DNA of 64,000 bases from an uncultured Gammaproteobacteria bacterium. GTDB lineage: Bacteria; Patescibacteriota; Microgenomatia; Daviesbacterales; UBA10151. The translations under genes and the position numbers were made by a program. The notes beneath the pieces were generated by a model. It was not told where the DNA came from. It was given only the letters and a program-made list of their open reading frames with translations, and searched no databases. Shown piece after piece: positions 59,016 to 64,000 of the stretch. Position 1 is the stretch's first letter, and each line of letters opens with the position of its first letter. The stretch lies in assembly GCA_964394855.1 (NCBI GenBank), contig CAYMZD010000001.1, positions 40,340-104,339 of the forward strand, in the 5' to 3' direction.

Positions 59016-59660
59016 CTAAAAACAAACCAATCCATCTGGATCGGTTTGTCGGCGTATTTCAATTGCTCTTTTACCACTAAAGGGCATTTGTAATATTTTC
59101 TTTTGAGCGTCATAAGCCAACCTAGCTGCATCCTTTGGAGTTAACAACAACATGGGAACTCTACGATCAGCTTGAGGCGTTAACCCCTCAATGATAATAG
59201 GAAAATGATAATTAGCACTTCCTTCAGGAAAAGGCCTTTCAAGATGACTGACTGACACACTCCCCAACTTAACATCTGGTTGGCGAATCACTCGGGCCAG
59301 CGGTCCCTCCCCAGTATATAATCTCTCTACGATATCCGGTAGGGATGGGGAGGAATTTAGGTTTCGCAACTCAAGTTCTCTTAATCTTCGTTGTAACCTG
59401 GGAAGTAAAAGCTTTAGATCATCCATACTCATGGCAGCCAAAAACCGTTTTTTACAATCATCGCCTGCAAAACTCATCCCATAAATTACCACTTCCAGAT
59501 CAAGCATATCCACATATTCTCTGACACCATCAAAAAGTCTAATTCCCACTAAGCCAGCAGGTAGGGGATGCTCAAGGCCTTTTTCAGGGATCTGGGTACA
59601 ATAATTAGCCACTAGACCAGTGACTAAACGAGGTTTTATCATCTGCTCCAAAAGCGCCAT
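59016..59660 (-). CDS. Hypothetical protein
   Basis: ORF only. Confidence 0.35.
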   Translation of the reverse strand: MALLEQMIKPRLVTGLVANYCTQIPEKGLEHPLPAGLVGIRLFDGVREYVDMLDLEVVIYGMSFAGDDCKKRFLAAMSMDDLKLLLPRLQRRLRELELRNLNSSPSLPDIVERLYTGEGPLARVIRQPDVKLGSVSVSHLERPFPEGSANYHFPIIIEGLTPQADRRVPMLLLTPKDAARLAYDAQKKILQMPFSGKRAIEIRRQTDPDGLVCF

Positions 59661-59673
59661 TTTTTTAATTGTA

Positions 59674-60693
59674 TCACAATCCGCGCTTTAATTTGCGCCA
59701 TCTTTCTAAAATATAGATAGGTAGATATTTCCATTTCTTGAAGGGATAATCTTGAGCGTGAACAAAATCAATTTGTTTTCCTCCAAAGCCTTTTTTGAAA
59801 AGAGATAAACCATACCAAGGATGTTTGGGGGAGTTGGTAGGAGCAATTCCCCAAAAGTTATAAAAGTTGCACCTGCGAGAGCGGGCTTCTTTGATGGCTT
59901 CCCACTCTGCTAAATATGAGGCGCTTTCACCGCTGCGGTGAAGCGTGGCTCCCTGATGATAAAAAGCTCCTTTGCCATAAAAAATAACCATTAAGGCAGC
60001 TACATACCTTGTCTGGTGTTTTTCCAAAAAAAGCATAGCCTGGTTTGTTTTTACAAAAGTTTTAAATTCTTCCTCCAGATATTTATCAGAAAAAGGCACA
60101 AAATTTTCTCTTTCTACGGTTTGATGGTAAAGCTTTAAAAATATTTTCATGTCTTTTGGATCGGTACTTTTCTCTACTTGCCAACCACTCTTGATAGCTT
60201 GGCGAATTTCATAGCGAGTAGTTTTTCTCATCTCGGCCAGAAGCTCTTCCTCCGATCTCCCCTCCAAATCCAAAATCCAAGAACTTTCTGCACTCATGTG
60301 AATAGGAGCATTAATAAACATCTGTTTCTTAAACATAAGCAGATATTTTGGACTGTTCGGTAAAACAGGAGAAATTCTAACAAAATCCACTCCTAAATCC
60401 TGACCCATTTTTTTTAGGAACTTTAAGAAAAATTGCCAGTAACTAGCTTCATCTTTCTGAAAAATTGGTCCATGTGGACAAAATAAAAAGGTGCCTCTTT
60501 TGGCAAAAACTTTCACCACCAGAGCCACACCTGCTAACTTTTCTCCATCAAAAATTCCCAGCCTAAATATTTCATCACCCATGTTTTTATTAAACTCACC
60601 CCAGTTCCATGACTGGAAAAAAGTATAAAGGGGAGAGCGAGCAATAAAGCTGTCCCAAATCTGTTGATTTTTGACTTCAGTGATTTTTAACAT
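59674..60693 (-). CDS. FemAB-family peptidoglycan aminoacyltransferase-like protein
   Basis: N-terminal FFQSWNWGEF motif and a two-GNAT-like-lobe size, about 340 aa. Confidence 0.5.
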   Translation of the reverse strand: MLKITEVKNQQIWDSFIARSPLYTFFQSWNWGEFNKNMGDEIFRLGIFDGEKLAGVALVVKVFAKRGTFLFCPHGPIFQKDEASYWQFFLKFLKKMGQDLGVDFVRISPVLPNSPKYLLMFKKQMFINAPIHMSAESSWILDLEGRSEEELLAEMRKTTRYEIRQAIKSGWQVEKSTDPKDMKIFLKLYHQTVERENFVPFSDKYLEEEFKTFVKTNQAMLFLEKHQTRYVAALMVIFYGKGAFYHQGATLHRSGESASYLAEWEAIKEARSRRCNFYNFWGIAPTNSPKHPWYGLSLFKKGFGGKQIDFVHAQDYPFKKWKYLPIYILERWRKLKRGL

Positions 60694-61867
60694 AAAAATT
60701 TCTGACCACCTTGATAATTTTTTCTATATCTTTAGAAGACATATTGGGACTAGTTAAAAGATTGACTGATTTGACAGCCACTTTTTCTGCTACCGGACAT
60801 GAACTTATTCTGTAGCCTATTTTTTTAAGGTCTGTATCTTTAGGAGCCACTACCGAATCATACCAGTTCCCCAAATATAAACCTCTTTTCTTGGCATATG
60901 CCAGCAACTTTTGGGGTTGATCAACCAAAATGGTATAACGAAGCAAGGGGAAACCTTGGGGTGGATGTTTAATGGGTAAATCTTTCAGCTGCCAGCCGTA
61001 AAGCCGGCAAATTTCCAACCGCTTCTGATTAAACTTGTTTAGTCTTTCAAGTTGTAAAAGGGCCAGGGAAGCCAAACTACCAGACATTTTCCTGGGGAAA
61101 ATTTTTGGTTGCTGGCCTATTTTTTCCTGATTTAAAACTGCTTTTGAAAGCAAATTCAACTTTTGTAGGATAAAATGCAGCAACCTTCCCAAACCGAAAT
61201 CATAGGTTTTAATAATAAAAAACATCGCCGGGTTAAAAAAGAGCTGTTGAATAGTCCATAATATTGATGGCTCATCCAAACTACTTTGAAATTGCATAAT
61301 TTTTTTAGCTAAATTCATACTGCCAGTTACAGCCATACCTCCAAAAACGCAAGATATAACTTTATCCCTGCCAAAACTAAAAAAAGCGGCGTCTCCTGTT
61401 ATTTTATCCGGCCAACCATGAGCAAAGTCTTCCACCACAAATAAATTATGTTTTTTAGCCAAGGCCATGATCTTATCTATGGGGGCAGGAATGCCAAAAG
61501 TATGCTGAACTACCACCACTTTAGAGTGGGGAGTAATTTTTTCTTTTAAATCTTGAGGGTCCATATTAAAAGTTTGTTCTTGAATATCCACAAAGACCGG
61601 TTTTAAACCAGACCATAAAACTGCATCTGGCACTGCCACACAGGTATAACTTTGAATTAATACTTCCGCTTCTGGGGGTAGCTCAAGAGACTTTAAAATA
61701 GCCATCATGGCTACCCTGCCGGCATTAAAAGAAATTGCATTGCCATATTTTTTGGCAAATAATTTTTCCAAAACTGCCACGGCTTGACCTCTTTTGGATG
61801 GACTCACCAAAAGTTTTAAGGACAGTGCTGCATCTTGCCAAAAAATATTAGGTCCCAGCGGTGTCAT
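60677..61867 (-). CDS. DegT/DnrJ/EryC1/StrS-family PLP-dependent aminotransferase-like protein
   Basis: FFSFGRDKVISCVFGGMAVTG segment matches the family Lys-containing motif (SFHPTKNLG). Size fits. Confidence 0.45.
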   Translation of the reverse strand: MTPLGPNIFWQDAALSLKLLVSPSKRGQAVAVLEKLFAKKYGNAISFNAGRVAMMAILKSLELPPEAEVLIQSYTCVAVPDAVLWSGLKPVFVDIQEQTFNMDPQDLKEKITPHSKVVVVQHTFGIPAPIDKIMALAKKHNLFVVEDFAHGWPDKITGDAAFFSFGRDKVISCVFGGMAVTGSMNLAKKIMQFQSSLDEPSILWTIQQLFFNPAMFFIIKTYDFGLGRLLHFILQKLNLLSKAVLNQEKIGQQPKIFPRKMSGSLASLALLQLERLNKFNQKRLEICRLYGWQLKDLPIKHPPQGFPLLRYTILVDQPQKLLAYAKKRGLYLGNWYDSVVAPKDTDLKKIGYRISSCPVAEKVAVKSVNLLTSPNMSSKDIEKIIKVVRNFYVKNH

Positions 61868-63345
61868 ATTAGTTCCTCCAAAAACTTCTTGGCATTTTTA
61901 CCCTCAAATAAAATCACATAACCTTTTTGATTAAATTCCCTTATATCATGACCCTTGGTAGTCCATACTAATTTGTCCACCACTTCTTTAGCCCTTTTTT
62001 CTACCTCTTCATAAGCTTCTTCAGTTTCCTCTCCCAACTCAATCATGGGGGAGAGAACCGCCACTTTTTTCATATTTTTGTATGATGTCAGATAATCCAG
62101 CGCCGCTTTCACACCTTCCGGATTAATATTGTATGTATCATCAATTAAAATTACTCCATCTTTAGATTTGATAATCTCCATGGTACCTTCAGCCGGCTTT
62201 AGGGTTAAACAGGCTTTGACTATTTCTTTCAAACTCATCCCCAGCTCCAAGCACACTGCAAATGAGGACAGAAGATTGGGTACATTTTGTCTTCCCAAAA
62301 GATTACTCAAAATATGCTGTTTTTGGCCTTTTGTATAAACATCAAATGACAAACTTTGCGTTGAAATTTTTATATTGGTGGCATAAATATCCCTTTTGTT
62401 TTTAGCAGAGTAGAATATTTTCTTAACATGGTATTGGGAAGCATTTTTGACAATATATTCATTGTCGGCATTTAATACAGCTAGTCCGTTTTGGGGGAGT
62501 GATTCAACCAGTTCAAACTTAGTTTTGATGATATTTTCCATTTTGCCGAATAAAGATAAATGCTGACTGGAAATGGCAGTTAAAATACCAATTTGGGGCT
62601 TGACTATCTTACACAAAGCTTTTATCTCACCAAGTTTATACGCTCCCATCTCCACAATTAAAATCTGATGCTTTGGGGTTAAACTTTTTAAAATAAATTG
62701 GGCCACACCCATTTCTGTATTCACATGACCGGGTGTAGCCAAGCATAAAAATTTATTCTCTAAAATTTGTCTTAAAAATTCTTTGGTGGAAGTTTTACCA
62801 AAACTGCCGGTCACCCCAATCACTGTTAGATTTTTGCTGGCAACAATCTTTTGCTCGGCTAATCTTACAACCCGCGCTTTGTAAATCTTCAGTAAACCTC
62901 CCATCAATAAAGTGGTGGCAGCGGCAGTTAAGGGAATCAAACTATCAACCAAAGCCAGAACCAGGTAAGCATCGGTTTTAAACAGCCAAACGTTCACAGC
63001 AATCATCAAAACCAGTGTTTGCCATATTCTCAAGGTAAGCTTGGGAAGAAGCAACCTCTTCCTGATAATATCGAAGGTCAATTTCACAAATAACCCTCCA
63101 TAAAGAAAAGCAAACAAGGGATAACCTATTAAAGGATTTACCCAAAGTTCAACCAGCACGAAGACCTTAATCAAGACTAGCGGACCAAAAAATAACCGCC
63201 TGCCCTCCTTAGTTTCCAGATGAGCAATCATCCGATCCAACCGGTATTCTTTAATCTGCCACCAAAAAAGATGTAAGAAGGCATTTTTCAAGGTCACAGC
63301 CAAGCCAATAAGGAAAAAGAATAAAAACAACCAATTTATATCCAT
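61864..63345 (-). CDS. murF: UDP-MurNAc-tripeptide--D-Ala-D-Ala ligase MurF-like, with an approximately 160-aa N-terminal polytopic membrane domain
   Basis: VIGVTGSFGKTSTKE P-loop and C-terminal DDTYNINPEGVKAAL (MurF DDSYNANP-type). The N-terminus has 4-5 predicted TM helices instead of the usual MurF N-domain. Confidence 0.6.
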   Translation of the reverse strand: MDINWLFLFFFLIGLAVTLKNAFLHLFWWQIKEYRLDRMIAHLETKEGRRLFFGPLVLIKVFVLVELWVNPLIGYPLFAFLYGGLFVKLTFDIIRKRLLLPKLTLRIWQTLVLMIAVNVWLFKTDAYLVLALVDSLIPLTAAATTLLMGGLLKIYKARVVRLAEQKIVASKNLTVIGVTGSFGKTSTKEFLRQILENKFLCLATPGHVNTEMGVAQFILKSLTPKHQILIVEMGAYKLGEIKALCKIVKPQIGILTAISSQHLSLFGKMENIIKTKFELVESLPQNGLAVLNADNEYIVKNASQYHVKKIFYSAKNKRDIYATNIKISTQSLSFDVYTKGQKQHILSNLLGRQNVPNLLSSFAVCLELGMSLKEIVKACLTLKPAEGTMEIIKSKDGVILIDDTYNINPEGVKAALDYLTSYKNMKKVAVLSPMIELGEETEEAYEEVEKRAKEVVDKLVWTTKGHDIREFNQKGYVILFEGKNAKKFLEELI

Positions 63346-64000
63346 TTTTTAATCTCCTCGGCCACCAATTTGGCTTTCACCAAGGGCAGATTGTGTCTTA
63401 AATCTTTAAAGATTTTTAATTTTGAGTTGGGGATTTTTTGGTGGATAAGATAGGCTTGAGGCAGAGAAGTATAGCTATCTTTCTCTCCCCACAAAATCAG
63501 GGTGGGGGATTTTATTTGAGTCAACTTTTGAGTTAAATCTTCCTGTAAAACTTTATTCATTATTTTTTTCATTTGAGGGGAAGCTTTTTGGTAATCCGAG
63601 CGTCTCATCAAAAAAGATAGAATAAGAGGAAAGGGGGTGTTTTTTAGAAGCTTGGCTGTTTTAATCTTCAGCTTTATCAGTCCACTCTTTTTCCTCACCA
63701 CAGCAGCTCCGCAAAGAATTAATTTTTTTAATTTGTCAGGATCACTCAAAGCTACTTGGGCAGCCACCTGACCGCCAAAAGAATGGCCAAAAAGATGAAA
63801 GTTGTAAGCTCCTTGTTTCTGGGCTTGTTCTACCACATACTTGGCGTAATCTTTGATTCCCCAAACGAATTTGGGCTCTTGGGTATCTCCAAAACCTGGC
63901 AGTTCCAGATTTAAAACATTAAAACTTTTCTTTAGTTCATCTGCTAGCGCTGCCAATGATTTTTTTGATCCGCCCCAGCCATGAAGCAGGACTATTGTTT
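63336..64000 (-). CDS. Alpha/beta hydrolase. The 5' end runs off the window.
   Basis: HLFGHSFGG nucleophile elbow. The frame stays open upstream to the window edge and encodes VLLHGWGGS. Confidence 0.65.
   Translation of the reverse strand, partial: TIVLLHGWGGSKKSLAALADELKKSFNVLNLELPGFGDTQEPKFVWGIKDYAKYVVEQAQKQGAYNFHLFGHSFGGQVAAQVALSDPDKLKKLILCGAAVVRKKSGLIKLKIKTAKLLKNTPFPLILSFLMRRSDYQKASPQMKKIMNKVLQEDLTQKLTQIKSPTLILWGEKDSYTSLPQAYLIHQKIPNSKLKIFKDLRHNLPLVKAKLVAEEIKKWI

Overview
This 64 kb window has low GC (about 38-40%) and tightly packed genes. It looks like a reduced-genome, Gram-positive-like bacterium, possibly from the Candidate Phyla Radiation (Patescibacteria), using the standard code: TGA acts as a stop. 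All calls rest on motif recognition by eye; no searches were run.

Housekeeping content:
- Translation and RNA processing: thrS-infC-rpmI-rplT, pheS-pheT, an archaeal-type tyrS beside tRNA-Tyr, rpmF-nusB-(ACP-like)-rnc, and rpsP-KH-trmD.
- DNA: recG, gyrB and a truncated holB-like gene.
- Cell wall: PBP1A, the MurT/GatD lipid II amidation pair, MurF, FemAB-like, DegT-like aminotransferase, a polysaccharide deacetylase and a sortase with two surface substrates.
- Ten tRNA genes, five of them in one minus-strand array.

Accessory content:
- A 14 kb type IV pilus cluster (pilB-pilT-pilC, pilD, pilM/N/O) with eight prepilin-like genes and a 596-aa beta-helix PilX/PilY-like protein.
- A REP-associated tyrosine transposase (RAYT) gene bracketed by REP-like hairpin repeats (core CACAC(C/A)TCCA(G/A)GGTGTG). 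These repeats also separate two unknown genes and recur inside pheT.
- A class II Fic gene bounded by a perfect 25-bp direct repeat.
- An ACP homolog lacking the phosphopantetheine serine.
- A GC-rich C-terminal extension on S16.
- A holB-like gene missing its Walker A region and carrying a (CGACTAC)x5 heptamer repeat.
- Several ORFan clusters.

No CRISPR array or riboswitch could be supported.
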